A stretch of 64,000 nt of DNA from Flavobacteriaceae bacterium (GTDB lineage: Bacteria; Bacteroidota; Bacteroidia; Flavobacteriales; Flavobacteriaceae), in contig JANRDC010000006.1 of NCBI GenBank assembly GCA_030726725.1, forward strand, positions 4,171-68,170, in the 5' to 3' direction. The notes below the pieces were generated by a model. It was not told the DNA's origin and ran no database searches. It worked only from the letters and a program-made list of their open reading frames with translations. Both the position numbers and the translations under genes were made by a program. Positions 36,169 to 45,354 of this stretch are shown piece by piece. Positions within the stretch are counted from its first letter, which is position 1. The number at the start of each line of letters is the position of its first letter.

Positions 36169-36891
36169 TCACTGATTGTTTTCTGAGGTCTGATCTAATC
36201 CTAAAGATTTTTTCAGGGCCTCAATCTGCCAGGCATCTCCCACCTCAAACGCCCCAATCCGCGTTCTTCTCAATTCGGTCAAATGTGCTCCGCTGTTGAG
36301 CGCTTTCCCCACATCATAAGCAAGAGATCTGATATAGGTGCCTTTGGAACATTGAACGGTAAATGGCAGGTCTGGCGACACCCATGGTCCGAGTTCTAGT
36401 TGGTAGATGTGGATAGGCCTGGCGGGTATATCTACAGCCGTTCCTTGTCTGGCCAGTTCGTACAACCGCTGTCCCTCTTTTTTTAGGGCGGAAAACACAG
36501 GGGGTTTTTGCCAGATTTCCCCGCTAAACTGAGGGATAACGCTGTTGATCAATGGCTGATCGATGTGTTCGACCGGGAAGGTTTGGTCTATGGGGGTTTC
36601 TAAATCGTAGGATGGGGTGGTGGCTCCGAGCCTCATCACGCCTGTGTAGGTTTTGGTTTGCCCCTGAAAAGTATCGATTTGCTTGGTCATTTTCCCGGTA
36701 CAGATCACCAAAAGCCCAGTGGCCAATGGATCTAGGGTACCCGCATGACCGATTTTGAATTTCTTTAAACCCAAAGCCTTGCGCAAGGACCATTTTACTG
36801 CGTTAACGGCTTGGAAGGAGGTCCAGCCCAAGGGTTTGTCCAAGAGCAGTATTTGTCCGCTCTGCACGTCCTCTGCAGTCCACTTCATCAT
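36169..36891 (-). CDS. truB: tRNA pseudouridine(55) synthase
   Basis: Motifs LLLDKPLGWTSF and GHAGTLDPLATGLL are present. The start is set at the Met pair at 36891/36888, because the longer listed ORF runs over the uppP 3' end. Confidence 0.9.
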   Translation of the reverse strand: MMKWTAEDVQSGQILLLDKPLGWTSFQAVNAVKWSLRKALGLKKFKIGHAGTLDPLATGLLVICTGKMTKQIDTFQGQTKTYTGVMRLGATTPSYDLETPIDQTFPVEHIDQPLINSVIPQFSGEIWQKPPVFSALKKEGQRLYELARQGTAVDIPARPIHIYQLELGPWVSPDLPFTVQCSKGTYIRSLAYDVGKALNSGAHLTELRRTRIGAFEVGDAWQIEALKKSLGLDQTSENNQ

Positions 36892-37679
36892 GAGACTAAG
36901 GTGCCAACAGTGATGGCGATTGCGCCAGCGATCGCACAGTACACCGCAAAATAGGTGAGCTTGCTTTTGCGCACCAATTGAACCATCCAAGTACAAGCCC
37001 ACCACCCACTGACAAACGCGGCGATGCCTCCGGCTATGATCGGTGCCCAGTCCATAGAGGCTTCCGTCAATGTGCCCTCCATGAGGTCTTTAGCGACTTT
37101 GCCCAGGATCAGCGGGACCACCATCAAGAAGGAAAATTGAGCAGCTTGACTTTTATCTGTTTTGAGCACCAAGGCTGTGGCGATGGTGGCTCCTGAACGC
37201 GAAATTCCCGGAAGTATCGCAATGGCTTGCGCTATTCCGATGATGACTGCTTGACGCGCGCCTATTTTTTTGTCCCCGCTTTGGGCCCGATCCGCGTAGG
37301 CGAGTAAAGCCGCAGTAACCAACAGCATCCATCCGACAAAAAGCACACTTCCGTCAAATAAGGCGGAGAGTTCGTCTTCAAAAAACACGCCGACGAGCGC
37401 AGCGGGTACCATGGAGGCGATGATTTTTAAGCTGTATTGGGTCTCTTCATTCCAAGTAAACGAGCACAATCCCCGGAGGATTTGCCCCACTTGTGCGCGA
37501 AACACAATCAACGTGGCTAGGGCAGTTGCTAAATGCAGCATCACGGTAAACAGCAAGCCTTCTTCTGGGGTGTAGCCCAAAATAGCCTTGCCCAGTTCGA
37601 GGTGTCCGCTGGAGGAAACCGGTAAAAATTCAGTAAGCCCTTGAATCAGACCCAGCAAAATCGCTTCGAGTAGTTCCAT
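36888..37679 (-). CDS. uppP: undecaprenyl-diphosphate phosphatase
   Basis: 263-aa polytopic ORF with LGLIQGLTEFLPVSSSGHL and PGISRSGATI motifs. Confidence 0.92.
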   Translation of the reverse strand: MELLEAILLGLIQGLTEFLPVSSSGHLELGKAILGYTPEEGLLFTVMLHLATALATLIVFRAQVGQILRGLCSFTWNEETQYSLKIIASMVPAALVGVFFEDELSALFDGSVLFVGWMLLVTAALLAYADRAQSGDKKIGARQAVIIGIAQAIAILPGISRSGATIATALVLKTDKSQAAQFSFLMVVPLILGKVAKDLMEGTLTEASMDWAPIIAGGIAAFVSGWWACTWMVQLVRKSKLTYFAVYCAIAGAIAITVGTLVS

Positions 37680-37680
37680 A

Positions 37681-37908
37681 TCAAGCGCGTGGTTTGGTCA
37701 ATACAGCGTATACCAACACACCAAGCCCGGCCAATACCAGGGTTGGCGCCAGTCTGATGCGTCTAAAGTTGTAAATCTCCGGATTAAAGACTTGGGGATC
37801 TTGACTCTTACCGCCACTCATCAGCACAAAACCCAAGGCCATTAACGCGATTCCTATGCCCAAAAAGACATAGTTTCTTTTTCCGAATAAGGTGTTGTTG
37901 TCTCCCAT
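37681..37908 (-). CDS. DUF3098-family small membrane protein
   Basis: 75-aa ORF with two TM segments, located between ftsX and uppP as is usual in Bacteroidota. Confidence 0.6.
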   Translation of the reverse strand: MGDNNTLFGKRNYVFLGIGIALMALGFVLMSGGKSQDPQVFNPEIYNFRRIRLAPTLVLAGLGVLVYAVLTKPRA

Positions 37909-37910
37909 AG

Positions 37911-38789
37911 TTAATCGTATAGTTCAGCGGTGCGCAGTTTTAGAAAACGCTGAGCGGCCCAGAATGTGCTGATGCCAGCAATGGACATTCCCAAAAATGG
38001 CACGCCCAAAAACAGCCAAGCTACTTGTTTGATATCGCCCAGTACATCCAGTTCTGGAATGCTTTGTTGTACGCGCCACAGCACGATGCCGATAAATATA
38101 TCAGCCATCACCGCGCCGATCAGACCGAGTTTTACGTTGGTCAAGATAAATGGTTTTCGGATAAAACCTGGGGTAGCCCCTACCATCTGCATGGTTTTGA
38201 TGATGAATCGCTTGGCGTAGATCGACAGTCGAATGGAACTGTTGATCAACAAAAACGCCACTAAACTGAATATTCCGCTGACCACCAGGATCCACAACGT
38301 CATTTTGGTGATGTTTTCGTTCAATAAACCGATCAGTGGCTGGTCGTAGCTCACCTCGGCTATGCCTTTGGTCGCTTCCCATTCGGCCACGGCTTCAGCG
38401 ATGGTCGTTGGGTCGACAAATTCAGCATTCAGCTGAACGTCAAGCGCATTTTTTAGGGGATTAAACCCTAGGAATTCCACAAAGTTTTCTCCTAAATCTT
38501 TTTCTTGAGCTTGAGCAGCCTCGTCTTTGGAGATAAAGGTCATCGACTTGGTGTAGGGCTTTTCGGATAAGGCCTTGCTGATTTCTTTGATCTGTTGGTC
38601 CGAGGTGTCATCGGCCAAGAACAGCACCAGGTGTACTTGCTCTTTGAAGTGATCGCCGATTTTTTTGGTGTTTAACACTAAAACGCCCAAAAGTCCCATC
38701 AGAAATAGGACCAGAGCAATGCTGAGCACTACTGAGAAGTAGGAGCTGATCAGTCTTTGTTTTTGAAATTTGTCAAATGCTGTATTCAT
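37911..38789 (-). CDS. ftsX: cell division protein FtsX-like permease
   Basis: The ORF has four TM segments with a large first periplasmic loop. I chose the start at 38789 (MNTAFDKFQKQRL) because a TACATTTG -7 box at 38805-38812 lies inside the longer ORF. Confidence 0.8.
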   Translation of the reverse strand: MNTAFDKFQKQRLISSYFSVVLSIALVLFLMGLLGVLVLNTKKIGDHFKEQVHLVLFLADDTSDQQIKEISKALSEKPYTKSMTFISKDEAAQAQEKDLGENFVEFLGFNPLKNALDVQLNAEFVDPTTIAEAVAEWEATKGIAEVSYDQPLIGLLNENITKMTLWILVVSGIFSLVAFLLINSSIRLSIYAKRFIIKTMQMVGATPGFIRKPFILTNVKLGLIGAVMADIFIGIVLWRVQQSIPELDVLGDIKQVAWLFLGVPFLGMSIAGISTFWAAQRFLKLRTAELYD

Positions 38790-38804
38790 GGCGCAAGAAT
38801 GCCC

Positions 38805-38812
38805 CAAATGTA
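38805..38812 (-). promoter_or_regulatory. candidate -7 box (TACATTTG) for the ftsX operon
   Basis: The reverse complement of CAAATGTA matches TAnnTTTG. It lies 16 nt upstream of the ATG at 38789. Confidence 0.45.
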
Positions 38813-38856
38813 GCAAAAATTCCTGCCCCCTGCCCCGAGGTCTAATCCCTAATGAC

Positions 38857-38864
38857 TATTTTTG
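38857..38864 (+). promoter_or_regulatory. candidate -7 box (TATTTTTG) for leuS
   Basis: Exact match 57 nt upstream of the ATG at 38921. Confidence 0.45.
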
Positions 38865-38920
38865 CCCCAGTCTGTTTTGGATGCAGGCTAGGGCGCGTCG
38901 CCCCACGGATATTGTACAAG

Positions 38921-41752
38921 ATGATGAATTACCAACCTACAGAAATCGAAGCCCGTTGGCAGGCTTATTGGGCACAGCACAAGACATTTGCCGCAGACAA
39001 CCACTCAGACAAACCCAAATACTACGTGTTGGATATGTTTCCTTATCCCTCGGGCGCTGGGCTTCACGTCGGGCATCCCCTGGGGTACATCGCCTCGGAC
39101 ATCTATGCGCGTTTTAAACGACACCAAGGATTTAATGTGTTGCACCCTATGGGGTATGACTCTTTTGGTCTTCCTGCCGAACAGTATGCGATCCAAACTG
39201 GACAACATCCGTCAATCACCACCCAGGCCAATATTGACCGCTACCGCACCCAACTCGATCAGCTTGGTTTTTCCTTTGATTGGGACAGGGAGGTGCGCAC
39301 CTCAGACCCTGCCTACTACCGCTGGACTCAGTGGATTTTTAGCGAGTTGTTTCAGTCTTGGTACGACCTGGACACAGACAAAGCACAACCGATTAACCTG
39401 CTGATCGATCGAATTGCGAGCGAGGGAAATGCAGGGGTACATGCGGCGGGCGCCGAAATGGCGCCCGCCTGCAGCGCATCGGATTGGGCGGGTTTTTCAC
39501 CCGCCCAAAAAGAGGAGCTCCTACAGCATTATCGCATGACCTATTTGGCAGAAACCGAAGTGAATTGGTGCCCTGCCCTGGGTACTGTTTTGGCCAATGA
39601 CGAGGTGATCAACGGTCGTTCTGAACGCGGTGGTCATCCGGTGGTGCGCAAGAAAATGCTTCAGTGGAGCATGCGTATTGCTGCTTATGCCCAGCGTTTG
39701 CTCGATGGATTGGCCCAGCTGGATTGGCCTCAGCCTCTAAAAGATGCCCAAACCAACTGGATCGGTCGTTCACAAGGCGCTCAGGTTATTTTTCACACCC
39801 TGCCCAGCGATTACCTCAAAGAAACTTATCCGATCGAGGTGTTTACCACCCGTCCCGACACCATTTTTGGGGTGTCGTTTATGACCTTGGCACCTGAGCA
39901 TCCATTGGTGGATCTACTGACTTCCCCCGACCAAAGAGGGGCCGTCCAAGAATACGTGGCCGCTACTGCCCAACGCTCTGAACGCGACCGTATGGCGGAT
40001 GTGAAAAGAATTTCCGGCGTATTTACAGGTGCCTATGTGGCGCATCCGTTCACCCAGGAGCCTATTCCAGTTTGGATCGGGGATTATGTTTTGGCCGGTT
40101 ATGGGACAGGGGCTGTGATGGCTGTTCCTTGTGGGGATCAACGCGATTGGGATTTTGCCCAGCATTTTTCCTTGCCCATTCCCAATATTTTTAAAGAGGT
40201 AGATGTCAGCACTGCTGCCTATGAGTCCAAAGACGGGGTGGTGATTGACAGCTCTGATTTTCTGACCGGATTGGATTATAAATCCGCGCTAAAGGCGGCT
40301 ATAGCAGCGATAGAATCGCGTGGTCTGGGTCAAGGTAAAATCAATTACCGTTTGCGGGATGCCGTTTTTAGTCGACAGCGATATTGGGGGGAACCATTTC
40401 CTGTGTTTTACAGAAATGGGGTGCCCGAGTTGGTAAATCACGCGCATTTGCCGGTGGTTTTGCCTGAGGTAAAACAATATTTACCCACCCCTACCGGAGA
40501 GCCGCCCTTGGGCAATGCTACCCATTGGGCCTGGGATACCGTCCAAAATCGCGTGGTTGCCAATGAATTGATCGACCAAAAGACAGTTTTCCCTCTTGAA
40601 CTGAACACTATGCCAGGTTGGGCGGGAAGTTCCTTCTACTTTTTGCGCTACATGGATCCGAAGAATACAGCTGCGTTGGCCGATGAAGAAGTGATGAAAT
40701 ACTGGGGTCAAGTGGATTTGTACATCGGCGGAAGCGAACACGCAACAGGGCACCTTTTGTACGCTCGTTTTTGGACGATGTTCCTCTATGACCGCGGATT
40801 TATTCCCCAGGAACATTTTGCCCAGAAGCTGATCAATCAGGGGATGATTACCGGTACCTCCGCATTTGTGTACCGTTTGGAGGACAACAAAACTTTTGTG
40901 TCTAAGGGGTTGATCGGAGACCGTCCAGTGACCCCGATTCACGTGGACGTATCCATGGTCAATGCCTCTGACGCACTGGATATAGACGCATTTAAGGCTT
41001 GGAGACCTGAGTATGCCCAAGCTGTTTTTGAATTGGAAAACGGGGTTTACTACACCGGTAGGGAAGTGGAAAAAATGTCCAAGTCCAAATACAATGTGGT
41101 GAGTCCAGACGAGGTCTGTGCTACCTATGGGGCTGATGCACTCCGGCTGTACGAGATGTTTTTAGGCCCCTTAGAACAGTCTAAGCCATGGAACACCGCG
41201 GGAATTACAGGTACTCTTGGGTTTTTGAAAAAATTGTGGCGACTGTACAGCGATGGCACCCAATGTTTGGTGGACGAGAGCACGCCCAGTGCTGCTTCTT
41301 TGAAGACACTCCACAAAACCATTCAGAAAGTTACCGAAGACGTGACCCAGTTTTCGTTTAACACTTCGGTATCCAGCTTTATGATTTGCGTGAATGAACT
41401 CGCCCAACAAGGCTGTAAGGCCAGGTCGGTATTGGAGCCTTTAGCGGTATTGGTGTCTCCCTATGCCCCACACATCGCTGAGGAACTATGGCAAATGATG
41501 GGCCACAACGGATCGATTGCCCATGTGCCCTTCCCGGTTTTTGATCCGGCGATGGTGGCTGAATCCGAAAAGGAATACCCGATTTCATTTAATGGAAAAA
41601 CAAAGTTCACCTTGTCATTGTCCTTGGATACTCCCAAAGATGAGGTGGAGGCAGTAGTGATGGCACACCCCAAAACACTGGAATACCTAGGTGGAGCTAC
41701 GCCCAAAAAGGTCATTGTTGTTCCTGGGAAGATTGTGAACATTGTGCTCTAG
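38921..41752 (+). CDS. leuS: leucine--tRNA ligase
   Basis: HIGH (LHVGHPLGY) and KMSKS (VEKMSKSKYN) motifs are present. I chose the start at 38921 (MMNYQPTEIEARWQ) because a TATTTTTG -7 box at 38857-38864 lies inside the longer ORF. Confidence 0.97.
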   Translation: MMNYQPTEIEARWQAYWAQHKTFAADNHSDKPKYYVLDMFPYPSGAGLHVGHPLGYIASDIYARFKRHQGFNVLHPMGYDSFGLPAEQYAIQTGQHPSITTQANIDRYRTQLDQLGFSFDWDREVRTSDPAYYRWTQWIFSELFQSWYDLDTDKAQPINLLIDRIASEGNAGVHAAGAEMAPACSASDWAGFSPAQKEELLQHYRMTYLAETEVNWCPALGTVLANDEVINGRSERGGHPVVRKKMLQWSMRIAAYAQRLLDGLAQLDWPQPLKDAQTNWIGRSQGAQVIFHTLPSDYLKETYPIEVFTTRPDTIFGVSFMTLAPEHPLVDLLTSPDQRGAVQEYVAATAQRSERDRMADVKRISGVFTGAYVAHPFTQEPIPVWIGDYVLAGYGTGAVMAVPCGDQRDWDFAQHFSLPIPNIFKEVDVSTAAYESKDGVVIDSSDFLTGLDYKSALKAAIAAIESRGLGQGKINYRLRDAVFSRQRYWGEPFPVFYRNGVPELVNHAHLPVVLPEVKQYLPTPTGEPPLGNATHWAWDTVQNRVVANELIDQKTVFPLELNTMPGWAGSSFYFLRYMDPKNTAALADEEVMKYWGQVDLYIGGSEHATGHLLYARFWTMFLYDRGFIPQEHFAQKLINQGMITGTSAFVYRLEDNKTFVSKGLIGDRPVTPIHVDVSMVNASDALDIDAFKAWRPEYAQAVFELENGVYYTGREVEKMSKSKYNVVSPDEVCATYGADALRLYEMFLGPLEQSKPWNTAGITGTLGFLKKLWRLYSDGTQCLVDESTPSAASLKTLHKTIQKVTEDVTQFSFNTSVSSFMICVNELAQQGCKARSVLEPLAVLVSPYAPHIAEELWQMMGHNGSIAHVPFPVFDPAMVAESEKEYPISFNGKTKFTLSLSLDTPKDEVEAVVMAHPKTLEYLGGATPKKVIVVPGKIVNIVL

Positions 41753-41770
41753 AGCGCTGTGTCTTTAAAT

Positions 41771-41808
41771 TAAAAAAGGGGGAGGCCAGCGGCCTCCCCC
41801 TTTTTTTG
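41771..41808. terminator. bidirectional intrinsic terminator between leuS and the zinc peptidase gene
   Basis: Stem GGGGGAGGCC (41778-41787) / GGCCTCCCCC (41791-41800) with loop AGC, flanked by A6 and T7. Confidence 0.85.
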
Positions 41809-41824
41809 ATCACATATCCAGTGA

Positions 41825-42514
41825 TTAATCCCGGTTGCTGCCCAAAAAGCGCAACACGAAATAAGCCAGTGTGGCCAAGGCGCCAATGGCAGCAACCAGG
41901 TAGGTGCGCGCCGCCCATTTCAAAGCGTCTTTGGCTCCGGCTAGTTCTTGTTGGCTCACCATATTTTTGCGTTCCAACCACAGAATCGCGCGGTTACTCG
42001 CGTCGTATTCAACGGGTAGGGTGATGAGTGTAAAAGCGGTCACAATACCGTAGAGGATAATACCGGCCAAAAACACCATACTGCCCAAGGGTGATGAGGC
42101 CGAGAGAATCAAACCACCCATGATCACCCATTGAGAGAGACCAGAGGCGACTTGAACCATAGGAACCATTTTAGAGCGCATGGTCAACCAGGAGTAGGCC
42201 GTGGCGTGTTGTACGGCGTGGCCACATTCGTGGGCGGCCACTGCGGCGGCGGCGGCATTGCGCTGATGGTACACCGACTCACTGAGGTTGACTGTTTTGT
42301 TTTGGGGGTTGTAGTGGTCGGTTAATTGGCCTGGGGTAGAGATGACTTTTACGTCGTAAATCCCGTGGTCCGCCAACATTTTTTCTGCGATTTCTGCACC
42401 GCTCATCCCATTGCGCAAATGCAGTTTGCTGTAGTGGGCAAACTTGCTTTTTAGCTTGCTGCTCACAGCCATAGACAGAAGGGCGATCACGCCCACAATG
42501 ACATAGTACATCAT
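41825..42514 (-). CDS. membrane zinc metallopeptidase (YugP/Zn_peptidase_2-like)
   Basis: 229-aa ORF with an N-terminal TM segment, an HExxH motif (AHECGHAVQH) and C-terminal TM segments. Confidence 0.8.
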   Translation of the reverse strand: MMYYVIVGVIALLSMAVSSKLKSKFAHYSKLHLRNGMSGAEIAEKMLADHGIYDVKVISTPGQLTDHYNPQNKTVNLSESVYHQRNAAAAAVAAHECGHAVQHATAYSWLTMRSKMVPMVQVASGLSQWVIMGGLILSASSPLGSMVFLAGIILYGIVTAFTLITLPVEYDASNRAILWLERKNMVSQQELAGAKDALKWAARTYLVAAIGALATLAYFVLRFLGSNRD

Positions 42515-42539
42515 AGGTAACTTTTTATTTGGGTTGTGT

Positions 42540-42547
42540 CAAAATTA
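42540..42547 (-). promoter_or_regulatory. candidate -7 box (TAATTTTG) for the zinc metallopeptidase gene
   Basis: The reverse complement of CAAAATTA matches TAnnTTTG. It lies 26 nt upstream of the ATG at 42514. Confidence 0.4.
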
Positions 42548-42592
42548 GTACCAATTTAATTACGTGGATCAGTATTAACACATTTTGGCAGA

Positions 42593-43063
42593 TTACAAGG
42601 CAATTTGTCGGTCGATTTGTTGGGCCAATGAGATAAAAGTCTCCGTGCGAGAAACCCCATGAATCGCTTGAATTTGTTTGTCCAGCAGTTCCATCAGGTG
42701 AGCGTTGTCCCGACAAAGCACTTTGATCAGTACAGACCAGTTGCCTGTAGTGTAGTGGCATTCAAGCACTTCGGGAATTTTTTTTAAAGATTCTACCGCT
42801 TCAGGATGGTTCATCGCCTTATCGAGGTATACCCCGATATAAGCCATGGTGGTATAGCCCAAAACTTTGGGGTCCAAAACGTACTTTGAACCGGTAATCA
42901 GTCCAGATTGTTCGAGTTTGCGCAACCGTTGGTGTATGGCCGCCCCTGAGATGCCTATTTTGCGCGCAATCTCCAAAATCGGGGTACGCGCGTCTTTCAT
43001 CAATTTGCGCAATATCTCCTTATCGGTACCATCTAATTGTAGTTGGGTGTTCTTTTGGCTCAT
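42593..43063 (-). CDS. Lrp/AsnC-family transcriptional regulator
   Basis: 156-aa ORF with an N-terminal HTH (LDGTDKEILRKLMKDARTPILEIARKIGISGAAIHQRLRKLE) and a C-terminal RAM/AsnC_trans_reg domain. Confidence 0.9.
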   Translation of the reverse strand: MSQKNTQLQLDGTDKEILRKLMKDARTPILEIARKIGISGAAIHQRLRKLEQSGLITGSKYVLDPKVLGYTTMAYIGVYLDKAMNHPEAVESLKKIPEVLECHYTTGNWSVLIKVLCRDNAHLMELLDKQIQAIHGVSRTETFISLAQQIDRQIAL

Positions 43064-43100
43064 TTATATATTTGTTTTGGCCAATTTACCCATTTTTTGC

Positions 43101-44483
43101 TTACACATCCACCGTAAAGGCATTCGGGTTATATCCCCGGTATTCGGTTTTTTTATGGTGGAATACAATTCCTTGTTCTTGCAGTGTTTTGAGCACTGGT
43201 TGGTATAGATCTTTGGATAAAGGAAGGTGAATCCCCGGTTGATCAAAGGTGCCCATAAAGAGCTGCATCGCCCCAATCGCCAGTGGAAGTCCTACGGTTT
43301 GGGCCATAGCGGTGTAGTGTCGGTCTTGGCCAATAGCCACCATATAAGCGTCGATTTGTTCCATGACGCCATTGAGTTCATATCCGATCTTGTGGTACAT
43401 CACGATCATGTCCTTGTCCTCAGGCCCCATTGTCCAGGATTTTTCTAGGATTTCTTGTAAGGCTTGGGCTGGGGTGGCATGCGCCCGTTCTATGGTCAGG
43501 GTTTCGCTAAACAATCCCAACCAACTGAGCATCTCCCAACCCGGATCGTCTTGTGCGATGTTGAGGTAGTGTCGGAGTTTTAGTTCTACCCGATCCGTGG
43601 CTGAATAGGGCAAGAAAAGATTGGTGAATGCCCGATAGCTCATGCCTTGACTGTGCTCGATGGCGTAACTGTCATCCGTCATGCCCAGCTGAACTAGGTG
43701 ATTCCATGCTTTGGAAAAACCAACTCTTCTCATGGTGCCCCGAAAAAGGGTCAACACATTTTCTAAACCATAGGCCTTTTGATAGCTCAAAGAATCCCTG
43801 TTGGGGTAGGCTTCAAATTTCCCAAATCCTTCGATCTCCATAAATTCAATGCGCCGAAATAGCTTGTGGTAGGGGATGTATTTAAATGTGCCTTCTTGTA
43901 GAAATTTCGCAGCACCACCCTGACCAGCCAACACCACATTTCTCGGATTCCAGCTAAACTTATAGCGCCACGGATTGTCATCGCTCTCCGGTGCGACCAA
44001 GCCTCCGGCAAATGATTCAAATAGCTTAATGACACCACCTCGGGCCCGGATATCATCGATCAGCTCCATGGCGCTCATGTGGTCCAGTCCTGGATCTAAA
44101 CCCATTTCAAATAAAAAAGTTATTCCCACTTCACGGAGCTTGGGTTCCATAGCGCGGATCTGGTCTGAAACATAAGAGGCTGTTGCCAGGGGTACTTTAT
44201 GGGTCAAACAATCTTCGGCAATGACTCCGTGCATGTGAGCGGGCAACATAGACACCACCACTTTAGAGGTGGCAATATAGTTGCTGCGCGCTTCGGCTTG
44301 ATCTATTTCCAGTTCAATCAATTCACAGTAGGGGCTATCTCGCCAATTTGGGGATACAAAACCCCAAGCTCGGTCAATAACGCGCAAAGTGAATCCGTGA
44401 ACAGGGGCCTGGTCCAACAGATAGTCGATGAGGTAGGGGGTGGATTTGCCACTGCCAAATAGTGTGATGAAGGTAGGCGCCAT
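43101..44483 (-). CDS. saccharopine dehydrogenase-family protein
   Basis: About 460 aa counted from MAPTFITLFGSGKST (Rossmann-like). The overall resemblance is to saccharopine dehydrogenase family proteins, with an Lrp regulator immediately downstream. The family call is from memory only. Confidence 0.6.
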   Translation of the reverse strand: MAPTFITLFGSGKSTPYLIDYLLDQAPVHGFTLRVIDRAWGFVSPNWRDSPYCELIELEIDQAEARSNYIATSKVVVSMLPAHMHGVIAEDCLTHKVPLATASYVSDQIRAMEPKLREVGITFLFEMGLDPGLDHMSAMELIDDIRARGGVIKLFESFAGGLVAPESDDNPWRYKFSWNPRNVVLAGQGGAAKFLQEGTFKYIPYHKLFRRIEFMEIEGFGKFEAYPNRDSLSYQKAYGLENVLTLFRGTMRRVGFSKAWNHLVQLGMTDDSYAIEHSQGMSYRAFTNLFLPYSATDRVELKLRHYLNIAQDDPGWEMLSWLGLFSETLTIERAHATPAQALQEILEKSWTMGPEDKDMIVMYHKIGYELNGVMEQIDAYMVAIGQDRHYTAMAQTVGLPLAIGAMQLFMGTFDQPGIHLPLSKDLYQPVLKTLQEQGIVFHHKKTEYRGYNPNAFTVDV

Positions 44484-44553
44484 AGATTGTTGTAAATGCC
44501 ACATAAATATAGAAAAATGTTTTAATTCTTCTATATTATTGCGGAGCAAGCAT

Positions 44554-44580
44554 AAAAAAACCCCGCCAAGGCAGGGTTTC
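44554..44580 (-). terminator. intrinsic terminator after the hemD-like gene
   Basis: On the minus strand the sequence reads AAACCCTGCCTTGGCGGGGTTTTTTT, a GC-rich stem followed by seven U. Confidence 0.55.
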
Positions 44581-44604
44581 GTTCATGTTCAACAGTCCGT
44601 GTGG

Positions 44605-45354
44605 CTATTTTAGCTTGTTGACTTCTTTGATGTAGTTGTGCAATGCCATGGTCATGGATGGTGCCTCTGGCGTTGGGGCTTTGATGTCAATGCGCAGGTT
44701 TTCACGCTTTGCAGCTTCCATAGTGGTGTTTCCAAATACCGCAATACGGGTATTGTTTTGCTCAAAATCTGGGAAGTTCTTTTTTAAGGACTCAATTCCA
44801 GCTGGGCTGAAAAACACCAATATATCATAGTATACATCCCTCAGATCTGACAGATCGCTCATCACGGTGCGGTAAAAAATACCTCGGGTCCAGTTGAGTT
44901 TAAGTCCGTCCAAAGTTTGAGGCACTTCGGGTTTTAACACATCAGAACTCGGAAGCAAGAATTTTTCTTCTTTGTATTTTTTAAACAAAGGCGCTAAGTC
45001 TGGGAAGTCGATTTTCCCGACATAAATTTTGCGCTTGCGGTACACCACATATTTTTGCAAATAAAACGCAACTGCTTCAGATTGACAGAAATAGCGCATA
45101 GTGTCAGGCACTTTAAAGCGCATTTCTTCAGCCATGCGGAAGTAGTGGTCGATGGAGTTTCTGCTGGTAAAAATCACAGCCGTATACTGGCTTAGATCGA
45201 TTTTTTGTTGGCGTACCTCTTTGGCGTCTACCCCTTCCACGTGGATGAATGGTCTAAAATCAATTTTGATTTTTTCAGCATCCACAATTTTTTGGTAGGG
45301 AGAGTTTTCCGCTTTGGGTTCAGGCTGAGATACCAGAATGGTTTTTACTTTCAT
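44605..45354 (-). CDS. hemD: uroporphyrinogen-III synthase-like protein
   Basis: The start MKVKTILVSQPEPK is at 45354, forming an ATGA overlap with the upstream gene. The pattern is that of Bacteroidota HemD-like proteins preceded by DUF4271. Confidence 0.6.
   Translation of the reverse strand: MKVKTILVSQPEPKAENSPYQKIVDAEKIKIDFRPFIHVEGVDAKEVRQQKIDLSQYTAVIFTSRNSIDHYFRMAEEMRFKVPDTMRYFCQSEAVAFYLQKYVVYRKRKIYVGKIDFPDLAPLFKKYKEEKFLLPSSDVLKPEVPQTLDGLKLNWTRGIFYRTVMSDLSDLRDVYYDILVFFSPAGIESLKKNFPDFEQNNTRIAVFGNTTMEAAKRENLRIDIKAPTPEAPSMTMALHNYIKEVNKLK

Noticed and set aside
40481-41020. A 179-aa ORF antisense to leuS. Similar antisense ORFs occur at 31072-31542, 34885-35391, 2764-3249, 10754-11164 and 61847-62347.
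   Set aside because: All lie inside strongly supported genes and lack any recognisable domain. They are the usual by-product of codon-biased coding sequence.
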